In this document: positions 14,610-28,048 of the stretch, piece after piece
Layout of the letters: the number at the start of each line of letters is the position of its first letter
Position numbering within the stretch: the stretch's first letter is position 1
Source of the DNA: Octopus sinensis
Lineage: Eukaryota
Assembly: GCF_006345805.1 (NCBI RefSeq)
Contig: NC_042997.1
Location: 116,064,001-116,128,000 of the forward strand
DNA length: 64,000 nucleotides
Direction: 5' to 3'
The notes under the pieces: generated by a model
Seen by the model: the letters and a program-made list of their open reading frames with translations, nothing else
Told to the model about the DNA's origin: nothing
The model's database searches: none
Made by a program: the position numbers and the translations under genes

Positions 14610-15069
14610 TCTTTTTGAAGCTATCTTTTCGTGGAAGAAGATTTATGTTTCTATAACCTGTGTTAATTCTGTAACCCTTTAAAACGGAAGATAAAAAAGT
14701 TCATTTTCGGCACTTGATGCTTTGGGAACCAGACAAAAATTGCTGTAGCTCAGCTGGGATGTGTTACCCCAGCCTCCATATTCACCAGATTTTGCTCCTT
14801 CGGATTTCCATTTATTCAGGTTTCTACAGAATAGTCTTAATGGTAAAAATTTCAATTCCTTGGATGACGTAAAAAGATACCTTGATGAATTCCTTGCCAT
14901 GAAATCACCTCAATTCTGGGAAGAGGGCATTTTCAAGTTAAAGGAAAGATGGAGACGCATTGTGCAACAAAATGGTTCATATTCGGTTGATTAAAAATGT
15001 AATGGCAAGTATTTATTGACCTTTATCTTTCCTTTAAAAATTGGCACGAACTTTCCGGACACCCCAATA
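14610..15069 (+). mobile_element. Internally deleted mariner transposon (transposase pseudogene)
   Basis: N-terminal (T)EDKKVHFRHLMLWE fused at ~14728 to TRQKLL*LSWDVLPQPPYSPDFAPSDFHLFRFLQNSLNGK...WRRIVQQNGSY; right TIR ttggcacgaactttccggacacccccaa-like followed by TA; left TIR absent. Confidence 0.92.
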
Positions 15070-15869
15070 CAAGACACTTGCCGAGGTGCCACGCAGTGGG
15101 ACTAAACCTGGAACCATGTGGTTGATAAGCAAGCTACTTACCACACAGCCACTCCTGCGCCTATTTCTCACGTACACAGGATATATATATATACATGTGT
15201 ATGTATGTGTTCATTACATTACAGTAAGTTTGATCTGTGACCGAAACATAGATTGGATATAATAAACACTGCAAAGTAAATCTTGTAAAGATGACAATTA
15301 ATTGACCGGAAAATTATATTCATCGCCTTTCTTGATAAATTTAAAAGAAGAAGAAATTAAACGATGTCAGTCAATTATTGCTTCACTCTAACGAAATCTC
15401 GTAAAGAAACGGCTCAAGTTACATTAATAATGCTATTATTGTTATCATAATATTTATTTATCGATTAGATTTGATAGTTTTATCTGGTGATAATTTCACT
15501 ATAAATATGTTTGCGGAAAGAAAAGATGGTGTGATATGTGTATGGGAGATAACTCTATCATGACTAATGTAAGAACCGAGGAGGAAAAGAAAAAAAACGC
15601 TGTAAATATTTTAAGCGTTAAGTGACCTAACGGTAAAGTTCGAGCCAACGCACAATTATCCACTTACATACAGAGACACATAAAGAGACTGATATAGTCA
15701 AACATATACATACACACATTCGTCATTCGGTTCCACTCAACCATTCATGGACATCATTTATTATTATTTGATTATTTTTTAAATGTATTCTCTTTGCTGG
15801 TGTCAAGTCATTGAACTTTGCCAGCTTTGCCTGTCTGCCTGTCTGCCTGTCTAACAGCGGCTTTAAATT

Positions 15870-16275
15870 TTGGCAGGAGGCCAGTGGGTTCGGGGTGGAG
15901 CAGGAGAGGGGGGGGTCAATCGATTACATCGATCTCAGTGTTAAACTCATACTTTCTTTTTTTATCGACTCCATAAAGATGAAAGGCAAAGTTAACCTCG
16001 GCGGTATTTGAACTCAGAACACAGCGACGGACGAAATACCTATTTCTTTATTACCCACAAGGGGCTAAACACAGAAGGGACAAACAAGGACAGACAAACG
16101 GATTAAGTCGATTATATCGACCCCAGTGCGTAACTGGTACTTATTTAATCGACCCCGAAAGGATGAAAGGCAAAGTGGACCTCGGCGGAATTTCAACTCA
16201 GAACGTAGCGGCAGACGAAATACTGCTCAGGATTTCGCCCGGCGTGCTAACGATTCTGCCAGCTCGCCGCCTTTC
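15870..16275 (-). mobile_element. Type A SINE, bipartite
   Basis: Reverse-complement CORE modules and head ending gctcgccgcc. Confidence 0.85.
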
Positions 16276-16421
16276 TAATATTAACCTGTAGAAGGGCTAA
16301 AGATCCTCAAGGGCCGATTGGTAATAAAGAGAATAATATCCGCTCATGTTTTTATTTGTGTTTTGCTGTTTGTAACATTAGCACTATATCCATATCTATC
16401 TATCTATCTATCTATCTATCG

Positions 16422-16523
<102 letters not shown>

Positions 16524-17031
16524 TTAATGCGTATCTGTAATTATATGTTTGTGAGTGTATATATTATGCATGTATGCATATTATAATGTATGTACATATG
16601 TATATATTACGCATATAAATATGTAAACATAATACATACACACAAACACATACATGTGCGCACACACACATGTTTCATATGGAAATATATATTTATACGA
16701 GAGAGATTTTTTATTATCTCGGATCAAAACAGCAGTAACTTGCTTGTAAACGGTGTATATACATTAAGGATATATATATGTGTGTGTGTATGCGTGTGCG
16801 TGTATGTATGTATATATACATATATCCGTTTATACAAACACACAAACACACACGCACACATACACACACACATATATGTACATCCAGTTTTAATATAAAC
16901 AGCAGGTTGCAATGTTTCAACATATATCTATCTATCTATATATATATTCTCTCTTTTTACTTGTTTCAGCTGGAGCACCGCCTTTAATCGAGCAACTCGA
17001 CCCCGGGACATATTCGTTGTAAGCCCAGTAC

Positions 17032-17090
<59 letters not shown>

Positions 17091-17359
17091 CTCTGAGCGT
17101 TATACTAATACATCTGTTTGTTTTTCTACACCACTTGTCTTCGTCCTTTATTTTTTCCCTGAATTCTCCCTATATATATATGGTCGTGAATTGCTCGAAA
17201 TGAAGAGTAGATAGACAGCCAATAACTGGCGAAGGGTCGTCCTTTACGTTAATTGTCTTGTTTTCCATTTGTTTCTCTCGTTGTTCGCATACCCAGGTTT
17301 GCCTTCGTATTTCATGTCGTTTACGTTTTGTGACGTCCTGTACCCATATATGCATTATA

Positions 17360-17470
<111 letters not shown>

Positions 17471-17487
17471 TACATATACATATACAT

Positions 17488-17554
<67 letters not shown>

Positions 17555-18399
17555 CTTATTAAGGATGTGCAGCACATTAGCTCACTCCTTACATGGAATC
17601 GACGTTGTCTGAATGGGTGCGAGTTGTACCACGCGTCAGGTATCGAAAGGTAGGAATTGAAACCACGATCTGGCGATCGTGAGTGCAATATATAGGTAAT
17701 ATTGAAATCAATATTGAAATGTTGTAATACAAATATTTATATTTTTAGTTACCTGAATTGTTGCCAGAAACGTATATTTTGGACATATGTCGCGGTGAAT
17801 GTAGATCGTTTTCAGATTATTGCTCGATCCCTTCCTTCGAATGTCTTCTCTAAGCTTTTGGATTCTCTAGATGTTCACAGTACAGTGACATTCCAGGAAT
17901 CCAAGGAGAATAGTGCCCTTGCCGTCGTTATTTACCGTTACTTTCTCTACTCATAACTGGTTCTTGAAATCATTAGGCCTTGGAGAACACCTTCCATGAA
18001 TTGAGCTCTCATTTTCGGAGGTACGTTTCGTCTTATTTGTCCAGAAAGGAAAAAAAAGTCTTCATTAGAATTATAAGTGGAAGCCAATGTTTATTGCCAG
18101 ATCAGTTAACCTTGGAATTTCTTGTCATCTTAAACTGTGTTATTAAGCTATAGTTGACTTACAGTTAACGTATTCAATACCCTCAACGTTAGATATTTAT
18201 AAATAAGGGTTCTCTTTTATGTAGATCTTTCTATGGGGTTCTATACTGATCTTATATTGATGACGCGGTTTGGTGTTGAGCTGAAGAATATGCTTGTATC
18301 ACAGAAACCCACCTCAGTGACTCCCCACAATGCTCATTTAACCACAGTGGATTGACCATAACTTGTGTTTATATGACTGTGCTTCGCGGTTGCGTAATT

Positions 18400-18697
18400 T
18401 TTATACGGATTTTAAGTATTCATAACCAACAACATGGGACCAGCGAACAGAAAATAATACAAAGATTTCTGATCTTAAGAAACGACACACGAGTGGATTC
18501 TTTAAAGAAAAAAGTAGAGATGATCGACAAAATACGGGACGGTGGAAGCTTCGCTGCTGTTGGCCGCGAATTTGGTGTCAATAGATCCACAGTCATTCTA
18601 TTGACAAAGTGCAGAAGATTATTCATTTATCGCTGATGTATTCATTACAGTTATTATATTTTAAAAACAAACCCCGTGATAAACGAGGACAGATGTA
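18400..18697 (+). mobile_element. pogo/Tigger-type transposon remnant
   Basis: SLKKKVEMIDKIRDGGSFAAVGREFGVNRSTV resembles the CENP-B/psq N-terminal HTH; right end cccgtgataaacgaggacagatg|TA is Tigger-like. Confidence 0.75.
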
Positions 18698-19214
18698 TTG
18701 ACAGGACAATACTGTTAAATAGTAGCGAGTATTATATTAAAGCTGAGTGAATGCAAACGTATTTCAGTGGTTTTGAAGTTCGTTTCGTAATCCTGCGGTG
18801 CGAAGTTCGACCACTTTATGTGGCATTTTGGATGTCTTTTGTTACAGCTGCGGGTTGTCATAAGCCTGGGAACGGAGACAGTTTAAAAGAAGTCCGCCGG
18901 TACGTTAAGAATCTTCGGAATACTCATCCACTTATATCATAATTTAATGCATCTGCTGCTTCAGGTGATCGAACGATTGGCTTCTCAGCGTCGAAATAGA
19001 TGAAATATCTATCACGATTTTCACCACAGTTGTCATCTATCTATTGGGCTTGATGTAGTTCGCGCCGCCTATGCTGCAAGTATATTCGAGAAGGACTTTT
19101 GTAACATACGGTGCCTTTGTGATTAGTTTCAAAGAAACGAGTCACTTAAAATACACAACAAGAATAACAACGACAAAACGATAAAATGATGGCTAGACGA
19201 ATTTTATCTCACTA

Positions 19215-19609
19215 CTAGCAGCATCGCCCGGCGTTGTTCGGGTTTGTTTCAACCCTTTAGAATTGGAATTTTTGAAAAGTAAAAAATTTGCATTATGTAG
19301 CTCGTTATTCTCTTTAAGTGAACATTTTTCTGGTTGAAATACACCGAAAAATGGCGACACAGCAGTAAAAAAATCGTAAAAAATAGGGATTTTCATAGAA
19401 AATAAAAAGCACCTTTTTGATATAAATAATGTTTGGTGTAAACATGGTCCGATTTGAATTTTATCTTCTACAGAAGGAAGAGCAAGCCTTCTTCTATCGT
19501 ACTCTCAATTTTGGTCAACTTGCGCCGTAGGGTCTCGGAGGAGATAGTGTTAGTTGAAGGCTACCAAACCTGCCATACACAGACAACTTCAGCTTTATAT
19601 ATAAAGAGA
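19215..19609 (-). mobile_element. Non-autonomous Helitron
   Basis: A|TC start at 19609, subterminal hairpin cccgaacaacgccggg, CTAG|T end at 19215; same termini as 220-612 with a different interior. Confidence 0.8.
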
Positions 19610-19704
19610 TAACAAGGCAACATCTATTTCGTCTTTGCACATCACCCTTATATAAATGTCTACAAGGTAGACAAGGAATACCATAGAAAAATATATGGCA
19701 GTCA

Positions 19705-19856
19705 TTATGAGAAAATAAAGAAGTAATCTGAGATAGATTTTAAGTCACTCATTTGGAAAACAGCAAAAGAAATGACTGAAAATGTGTTAAAAGTTAATCT
19801 TGCAAGGGAGGTAACTCTTGATTGCTTTATTACTGCAAAGTGTTTTGAAGTGTCGT
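19705..19856 (-). CDS. Candidate terminal coding exon (unknown protein, hydrophobic C-terminus)
   Basis: Acceptor atgttttaccag|, phase-1 frame (D)DTSKHFAVIKQSRVTSLARLTFNTFSVISFAVFQMSDLKSISDYFFIFS*; no homolog recognised. Confidence 0.25.
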
Positions 19857-20275
19857 CTGGTAAAACATTTCTGCTTGTGATATTTATTTCACAAACACAC
19901 ACACACACACACACACGCACGCACGTACGCACGCACACACGCACGCACGCACGTACGCACGCACGCATGCACGCACACACACACACACACGTACATTTTT
20001 AAATATATATGAGCATGTTTAGGTATGCAACTATATGTATCAAAATGCATACATACATAAATACGTACGTACATACATACATACATACATACATACATAC
20101 ATACATACATACATACATACATACATACATACATACATACCTGTCGCTGATGTTGAAATTCCAATGAAGGATCAAGTTTAGAAATCGTTTTTTTCTCTAT
20201 TGGCAAGAAATCTTGAAATAAACTGAACAATGACATACGTACATATATATTATAATATATATATATTATAATAAT

Positions 20276-20306
<31 letters not shown>

Positions 20307-20479
20307 TATATATATATTATATATGTATATGTGTGTGTTGTGTGTGTGTGTGTGTATATATGTATATATATATATACATATATATATACACACAGACATA
20401 TATATATTATATAGGGCATGATATATGGCAGTCATTTCAATTTCTTATGAAGATTTTATCCTATTTTTAGATTATATAT

Positions 20480-20713
20480 ATATATATATAAAGGGAAAGT
20501 TTACGAAAATAAACAGAAGACGAAGGCAGGTGGAGTACAAACAAACAAATGTATTAGTATAGCGCTCAGGAATAGAAAAAGTCTTTTACGTTTCGAGCCT
20601 ACGCTCTTCGACAGAAAGATACACAGAAAAAAAACAAGGAGAGAAACAAGGAGAGAAAAAAGGAGAGAAAAAAAGGAGAGAAAAAATGCGTGTTGGAGCT
20701 AAAGATCTATCAT
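20480..20713 (-). mobile_element. Hammerhead-bearing short element, family alpha
   Basis: Motif at 20582-20619: UCUUU CUGUCGA A GAGC-GUAG-GCUC GAAA CGUA AAAGA; element ends in (TA)n. Confidence 0.75.
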
Positions 20714-20752
20714 GTGATATTTATTTCACAAACACACACACACACACGCACG

Positions 20753-20905
20753 TTCTGTCTCACTGTGTGCGTGCCTTCTAGGATCTCGGGCATCCTCCAT
20801 CCGATTGCGCTCAAATTTGATATGTAGATACTGACGGTATCAGGGCGTGTATAAGTCTTGAAAAAATTACAAAAATCGATTCCAGGTGAGAATAAGATCG
20901 ATAAG
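20753..20905 (+). mobile_element. Helitron-like fragment homologous to 1-217
   Basis: gcatcctccatccgattgcgctcaaatttgatatgtagatac... is the reverse complement of bases ~25-150. Confidence 0.65.
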
Positions 20906-21199
20906 CCGTGGGAACGTGCATTTGTACGCGCAAGTACATCAGCTGTTGCGATTGTTTTTCTTTGGAATAGAAAAAAAGTATATCTTTATTTCTTCTTTTG
21001 CTGGTGTCTCAAATTTAGGTTAAATCAGTGTTTCTCAAAGGGGAGGCCTATGGGACGGTCGGACAAGTTGTTTTGAGAAAATTTGGTTTAAATGTTTGAC
21101 AACTCAGCACCGTCCATTGGACGGGGAGGGGCGTTTTGCTCGTATATATATATAACTTAGATATGATTTGGCCAAAGATTGGCCCAAGCCATGTCTAAC

Positions 21200-21330
21200 T
21201 TTATAGTACCACCTGATTGGATCCGCTCAAGAAAATAGTTGTTGTTGACTGAGCTGCATCTAGTTATAGCTGGCTCATCTGGAATCCCTTAAAAAACTTT
21301 GTCCAGGTTTCGTTCGAAGTTGATGGGATC
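21200..21330 (-). mobile_element. CR1-like LINE 3' remnant
   Basis: Minus translation NFERNLDK...(frameshift)GIPDEPAIT resembles the FKxxLDKFL..IPDEP end of CR1-group RT ORFs. Confidence 0.5.
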
Positions 21331-22052
21331 TTTTTCTTTGATTTATTTTGAGATCATGTTAAATAGAACAGGACCGGTCGAGGAAAAGAAATTGTGTGTC
21401 TGTGTGTCTGTGTGTATGTATGTATGTATGTATGTGTGTGTGTGTGTGGTGTGTGTGTGTGTGTGTGTGTGTCGTGTGTTTATGCATTTTTGTTTGTGTA
21501 TAAATAGATAAATATAAATTATTAAGGTGTTTATTCGCAATTTAGAACCGATAGGCAAGAATTTCAGTCGTCACTAAAGTGACGGAGGGTGGTAGTGAGC
21601 ACCAACATTGCTAGAAATAAGAGTCAAAACAACTCTTAGCCACTTGAGATCCCTTTTCTAATGGCTGACTAGGGAGACAGGCTCCCTCCCTATGGCAAGC
21701 GTTGCCGAGGGTTAAAGAACCTGTCTCACCCTGTCAGCCTTATAGGAAACATTAACTGAATTCGAACATGAATACACACACACACACACGAATGTATGTA
21801 TACACACAAGTACCCTTAACGTGCCATTTTAAAAATAGGGTGGATAAGTAAACGAGTCTTGAATTACCTTAATCTCTTAAAAATTATATAAATTCTTATT
21901 TGCTTTACATCTTTTATTGCATTATTCATTTATTTATGTGTGTATATATACATATAATACACACGCACACGCATAATATATATATATGTATGATATGATG
22001 TATATAATACATAATATATATTATATATATATATACACCACCCCACACACAC

Positions 22053-22083
<31 letters not shown>

Positions 22084-22596
22084 CATACATATATATAAAT
22101 ATATTTCCACGGTGGTGCTCCAGCATATGGTTGATTCGAGTAAAAGAATAAAAGAATATATCTATATATACATAAATATACTTGTATGTATACACACACA
22201 CCTATATACATATATATATACATGTATATATGTATGTATGCATGTATACACACACACACACACACACATATGTACGTGTGTGTGTAGGCGCGTGTATGTA
22301 TGTATATTTATATATATATTTACATATACATCGTTTATGTGTATTTATTCAATAATCTTCATTTGCTTTAAAGCCTTAATGTAGTTAGGAGCGATTGAAT
22401 GAATTTGATTACCAACTCATTCGATGGCAATTTATATCCGTTACAGGCGTTTCATTGCAATTTTCTCCTGACAGAACATAACAGATTAACGATCTACTTC
22501 TGGATAAGATTTAAATCACTTATGGAAGGCCAAAATGACATAACCGAACTGTATTGCTAATTAAACTGGAAATTTATCATTTCGACTCAACAGATG

Positions 22597-22634
<38 letters not shown>

Positions 22635-22825
22635 TCACTCTCTGAAGAAGAAGAACATGTGCCAGAAACGTTAGATTCGTTCTCACATCGGCTGGTGTTG
22701 ACTTTCTACACTGGGTGCTGAGGCAGCTCACAGGCTTCTCATTAATGTTCCTACTACTATCTGCTATTTCTCCAGTACTGTAAAAAACACTTGGATTTTA
22801 GTATGAAAGGGGTATTGGCCGTGTA

Positions 22826-23057
22826 AGGCGGCGAGCGGGCAGAAACGTTAGCACGCCGGACGAAATGCGTGGCCGTATTTCGTCTGCCGTTACGTTCTGA
22901 GTTCAAATTCCGCTGAGGTCGACTTTGTCTTTCGTCCGTTCGGGGTCGATAAATTAAGTATCAGTTACGCACTGGGGTCGATATAATCCACTTAATCCAT
23001 TTGTCTGTCCTTGTTTGTACTCTCTGTGTTTAGCCCCTTGTGGGTAGTAAAGAAATA
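22826..23057 (+). mobile_element. Type A SINE short form with TSD
   Basis: TSD ggtattgg(c/t)cgtgta at 22811-22825 and 23058-23072. Confidence 0.9.
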
Positions 23058-24224
23058 GGTATTGGTCGTGTATATTGACGTAGTACTCTTGCACCCCAAA
23101 TCGAGTAGCGTAACTCTAACTTCTGCAGCCATGACTTATGTAAGGAACCATACACAGAGATACAATCACGACGGACTGGGTATGGGAATTCTTAGAAGCA
23201 GCTTCCAGAACGGTGAACAAATCTGATAGTGTAGGATAAAGTTGGTAGGGAAAAATGATACAGATTTCCTTCCTGCACAGCCAAACACAGGAGTTGCTAT
23301 TTCACAGCAGAAACTGGGGTTTTGCACTATTCCACTTTTGTATGATTTGTTGCCGACCATCGAAGCAGGCCTTAAGGTTCGATTGGAATGGATTTGATTG
23401 TCTATGTTCAGTCTACTGCGGGACGAAAGCCTCAGCATGTTCTCTCCACCAACCATGGTCCGATGTGGAAGCCGTGAATTTGATTTTGAGATCATACTGG
23501 TTTGGTGAGCGTACCCTGTCACACTGGCTCGACATGGCTTCGCAGAGTGATGAAATTTTTATGCTCATGACCAGGAGTAGCTAAGTCGATTTGATCGACT
23601 CTAATACCCAACGATGTCGTATGTATTTTATCGATCCCGAAAGGACGAAAGGGAAGTCAATCTCGGCGGAATTTGAACTCAGAAGGACGGGATAGACATC
23701 GAACTCTACCGCCTGCATTTGTTGAAGGAGACAACAAAGTCTATTATGTCCTAGTCTATCACTTATCTCGGACTGTTCAATGAAGAAAAACTGTAAAGCT
23801 GCAGACATCCACTTCGAATTGAACACCACAACGTCCTCACCGTTCTGTAACAGACTAAATGTGGCTAGGTTACCATGGCATGCCTCCGTCACCTAGATCC
23901 ATCCGTAAACTTGAGTGCCCTCTTAGGGTGTACAATATAGACATATTGGGGCTGAAGCTGCATTTTCAGTTTTCTGCATCCCGTAATAGTAGTTGCTGTT
24001 GTCTTCTTCTTCTTCTTCTTCTTCTTCTTCTTCCAATCAGGACTCATGCCATTAGCCACAAACAATAATCTCTAATTCGAGCCTACTATAAGCTACTAAG
24101 AACGCGTGTGGCAACTTGAAGATCCACCCACCACACGCGATAGATTGGCGATTGCACGGGCGCGAAAGCTACGTTGTTATCCTCATTCCGTAAACGGTGG
24201 CTTTTAACGGGTGGAGAGCTGAAC

Positions 24225-24512
24225 TATCATGGGGTAAAGAAGATTCGCAATCTAGAATAGGGTCTGAAAGTTTACCACACCATAGTGGGTTACACCATGG
24301 TTCCTCTGCTTTGTGACAGAAGTAGGAAGAAAGAATGAGAGAAAGTTGTGGCGAAAGAGTACAGCGGGGTACACCACCCACCCCACCGGAGCCTCATGGA
24401 GCTTAGATGTTTTTGCTCAATAAACACACACAATGCCTGGTCTGGGAATCGAAACCACGTTCTTACGACCGCGAGTCCGCTGCCTTAACCACTGGACCAT
24501 TGTGCCTCCACT
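24225..24512 (-). mobile_element. tRNA-derived SINE type C (subfamily shared with 56440 and 60733)
   Basis: Reverse head (gtggttaaggcagcggactc, gtttcgattccc) and tgtgtgtttattgagcaaaaacatctaagctcca. Confidence 0.8.
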
Positions 24513-24824
24513 GCTGTTGTCGTTGAAGCGGATTGGAAAGAAATTTTCACCGAATAGCATTGCTTTCGCTTTTTTTCACCCCCTCCGATTTTCCGATTTT
24601 CCATATTGTAGAACACTTTTTGAAATTTATTTTTTCAAAATAGATTACAAACGAAGCAGCTTAAAAAAAAAAAAAAAAGACTTCCCCTCTACTCACTGTC
24701 AATAGAGCAACAATATACATAGAAAAATTTGAAGGAAATAACCATTCATTTCAAGACTCACAGACAGAAGTAAGGCGCAGACTGCGTAGGCAGAAATAGT
24801 TATGATAACACTTTTTCATTATTC

Positions 24825-25130
<306 letters not shown>

Positions 25131-25684
25131 CTTAATGGTACGGAAGATATTGGTTGATGATGTCGAATGCAACATTTATATTTAACTAGGAATTTGACTG
25201 TGTCTCTCATTGTTGTTGCCAAATATAGTTTTGCTAACCTACGAAAGATGAAAATGTAAATTCTGCAACCATGCTGGGTTTATCAAATCTTGTTGAAGTC
25301 TTCTTCTTCGTTAATGAGTTCGTTGCAACGATTCCAGCTTGCATTTCCTTTAAAACCACCAACTGACCTTAGACTTGTTCTACTACACATCATTATTTAT
25401 CGGAACTTCATGATATTGGCAGTTGATATCTTTTTCAGTGTTTATTTTTAGCGCTGTTCTTTAACAATTAATATCTGAGCTACGAAGTTGTTACATAAAC
25501 GAAATAAAAATATTTTTTTATGACATTTATTACTTGTTCTAAATAGAGGCCTAAGCGAAGCTCTGCTTTTTAACACACAAGTCATTTTGAGAAGATTCTT
25601 CGAGACAAAATATTACTGTTATTATTGTTTTATATCTGAGTACACATTGTGAATGTGTATAAACAACGGTATTTTAATCCTAAA

Positions 25685-25917
25685 GCTCTTTTACTTTTTT
25701 ACTTGTTTCAGTCATGTGACTGTGGCCATGCTGGAGCACCACCTTTAGTCGAGCAAATCGACCCCAGGACTTATTGTTTGCAAGCCTAGTACTTATTCTA
25801 TCGAACTCTTTTGCCGAACCGCTAAGTGACGGGTACGTAAACACACCAGCATCGGTTGTCAAGCGATGTTGGGGGGACAAACACAGACACACAAACACAG
25901 ACACACACACACACACA

Positions 25918-25962
<45 letters not shown>

Positions 25963-26145
25963 GTAAATATATATATATAAACGACGGGCTTCTTTCAGTT
26001 TCCGTCTACCAAATCTACTCACAAGGCTTTGATCGGCCCGAGGCTATTGTAGAAGACACTTGACCAAGGTGCCACGCAGTGGAACTGAACCCGGAACCAT
26101 GTGGTTGGTAAGCAAGCTACTTACTACACAGCCACTCCTATGCCT
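25685..26145 (-). mobile_element. Full-length type B SINE
   Basis: All modules present in reverse; internal (CA)n(TA)n. Confidence 0.9.
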
Positions 26146-26269
26146 ATATAAAATTTTATTTTAGCCTCACTAGTTCTCGCACAAATCAGTAAATGTTTTA
26201 TTTATCGATTTTTCTATCGGGACCAGAATTTTTAGGCTTAGCTCAGAACGTCCGGGATATTCGTCACTG

Positions 26270-26590
26270 AGGAAGGTGCGTGGCTTAGTGGTTACGATAC
26301 TCGGCTCACAATCGTAAGGTCGTGAGCTCGATTCCCGGCGGCGTGTTGTTTCCTTGAGCAAGGCCCTTTCTGTCATGTTGCTTCAGTCCACTCAATTGGC
26401 AAAAATAAGTAGCACCCGTATTTCAAAAGGCCAGCCTTGGCATATTCTGCGTCACGCTGAATCTCCCCGAAAACTACGTTAAGGGTACAAACATGTCTGT
26501 GGAGTACTCAGCCACTTGCACGTTAATTTCATGAGCAGGCTGTTCCGTTGATGGGGTCAACTGGAACCCTTGTCATTGTCACCACGGGGT
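26270..26590 (+). mobile_element. Type C SINE (subfamily shared with 54065 and 55145)
   Basis: A-box tggcttagtgg, gagctcgattccc, ccttgagcaagg, tail gctgaatctcccc..ctacgttaagggtac. Confidence 0.8.
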
Positions 26591-27261
26591 GCCGGTTTAT
26601 ACTTAAAAGAAAACAGATGCATTTCTATATTGATATGAACAAAGAATGGCATAAAAGTTGACGCGTAGCGGTTTTGGAACTTAGGTTTAGAGCTTTTATT
26701 CCATCTACACTGGATTTCTTCGGAAGTATTTTTGGAGGAGGAGCTACGGATTAAAAGCCAAGCTGTATTAATAACAATCTGCTCATCCGCACAGATGAAG
26801 GCAGTGATATCCAACTCGAAGTGAGGGTCGTGGGAATAAAATATATCAAAAGTCACGCCAATGGTAGTACGGCAGCATGGTTCCAGTATGACCCCCAGTA
26901 TGGCCTCAGCATTGCTCCAGCATGATTGGGACACAAAAAGAAGAAAAGAACACTTTAATATCGGAATTGACTTCGTTTAGAAATTCTTGACATAAGGGAG
27001 TTTTGTGGTACATCCTGCAATTGAAGTCGAAAGGCTACTTAGAAATACTTCTGAGACTTAATAGTTTGTCTTTTAACTAAGATATATGTTAGATTAATTA
27101 GTTTACTCTCTCCTGAAATTTCTTAAGCCATTGTCTTAAAGACTCGACATCCATATATGTCTTCTCGTTCCGATTGCTATGAGGCAGTGACGAAAATTTT
27201 GAATGTAAGTCCACGTCTTTCCCGTTGTCTGCAACCTCTTTTTATATATATATATATGTAA

Positions 27262-27292
<31 letters not shown>

Positions 27293-27476
27293 ATATAATA
27301 TATATATATATATATTATATATATATATATATATGTAAATATATATATACGAGCAGATGCCGTATATGGCGGTGTATAAAACAATTAAAAAATATATATA
27401 TTCTTAAATGTAACAAAAAAATTTCTAGCGTCTACTTTGACCGTATTACAGACGGAATTCTGAGAGTGTGAATGTA

Positions 27477-27683
27477 CAGGGTGCGGCAGAAGCACCTCCC
27501 ACATTTTAAACTTTCACCTATTTGTTGCAATGAACTTATGCAAGTGCCAATGTTGTTTTTATTTAGCTAATGAAAAAACACTGTAACCCTTTGTTTAAAC
27601 AACAATAAAATCAATTTTTCACAAATGTTTCTTTTTCCTTTTGTCAACCTCTCAAATGTGGGAGGTATTTCTGCCGCACCCTG
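27477..27683. mobile_element. Tc1/mariner-type MITE (207 bp)
   Basis: TIRs CAGGGTGCGGCAGAAGCACCTCCCACATTT / AAATGTGGGAGGTATTTCTGCCGCACCCTG; TA on the left, CA (mutated TA) on the right. Confidence 0.88.
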
Positions 27684-27860
27684 CATCATGAAATATTAAT
27701 CTTTTTTTCTACAAAATATACACACACCCGCGCCAAAAATGTAAGTATGTGTCTCATGCGTGATTGCATTTATCCACCGGCAAATACAGAACGTTAAGAA
27801 TCCAGCTTCTGTGCAACAACTGTTAAGATCCTGCTATATCACCAAGGTGTTATACTTTAC

Positions 27861-28048
27861 CTGGACTAGTGATCGCATTGCTGACATCTTTTCTCTCAAT
27901 ATCGATCAGTATTTTCTTGGTTTTCGTTTTATTATAATCGAAATCAAAAGAAGTTAGATTAGCAATTTGATGCTCATTAATGGTGCCCGCAGCATCACAA
28001 AAGTTCAAGTGTTTGTATGCATCACTGGTGTTGCTATAGTTTTTCTTT
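27861..28048 (-). CDS. Candidate internal coding exon of an extracellular-type protein
   Basis: Acceptor gagttttgcag|, donor CAG|GTAAAG; one open frame KKNYSNTSDAYKHLNFCDAAGTINEHQIANLTSFDFDYNKTKTKKILIDIERKDVSNAITSP with four N-x-S/T sequons. Confidence 0.4.

Noticed and set aside
17750-18020. Exon-like splice sites on both strands
   Set aside because: The plus candidate 17816-18020 has stops in all frames; the minus candidate has a poor acceptor.
22642-22676. CUGAAGA...GAAACGUU hammerhead-like motif; similar partial motifs at ~8950, ~17225, ~31880, ~41705, ~44258 and ~51580
   Set aside because: Stem II is unpaired, or GAAA or core bases are missing; at best decayed relics, so not called.
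23166-23584. Overlapping 109-118 aa ORFs in non-repetitive sequence
   Set aside because: No recognisable domain; weak RT-like words (DHG, RQQ) have the wrong spacing. Unresolved, and needs a translated search.
26557-26934. 125-aa minus ORF with an in-register plus frame
   Set aside because: Its 3' part runs into a SINE, no phase-compatible splice sites link it to neighbouring candidates, and no homolog was recognised.
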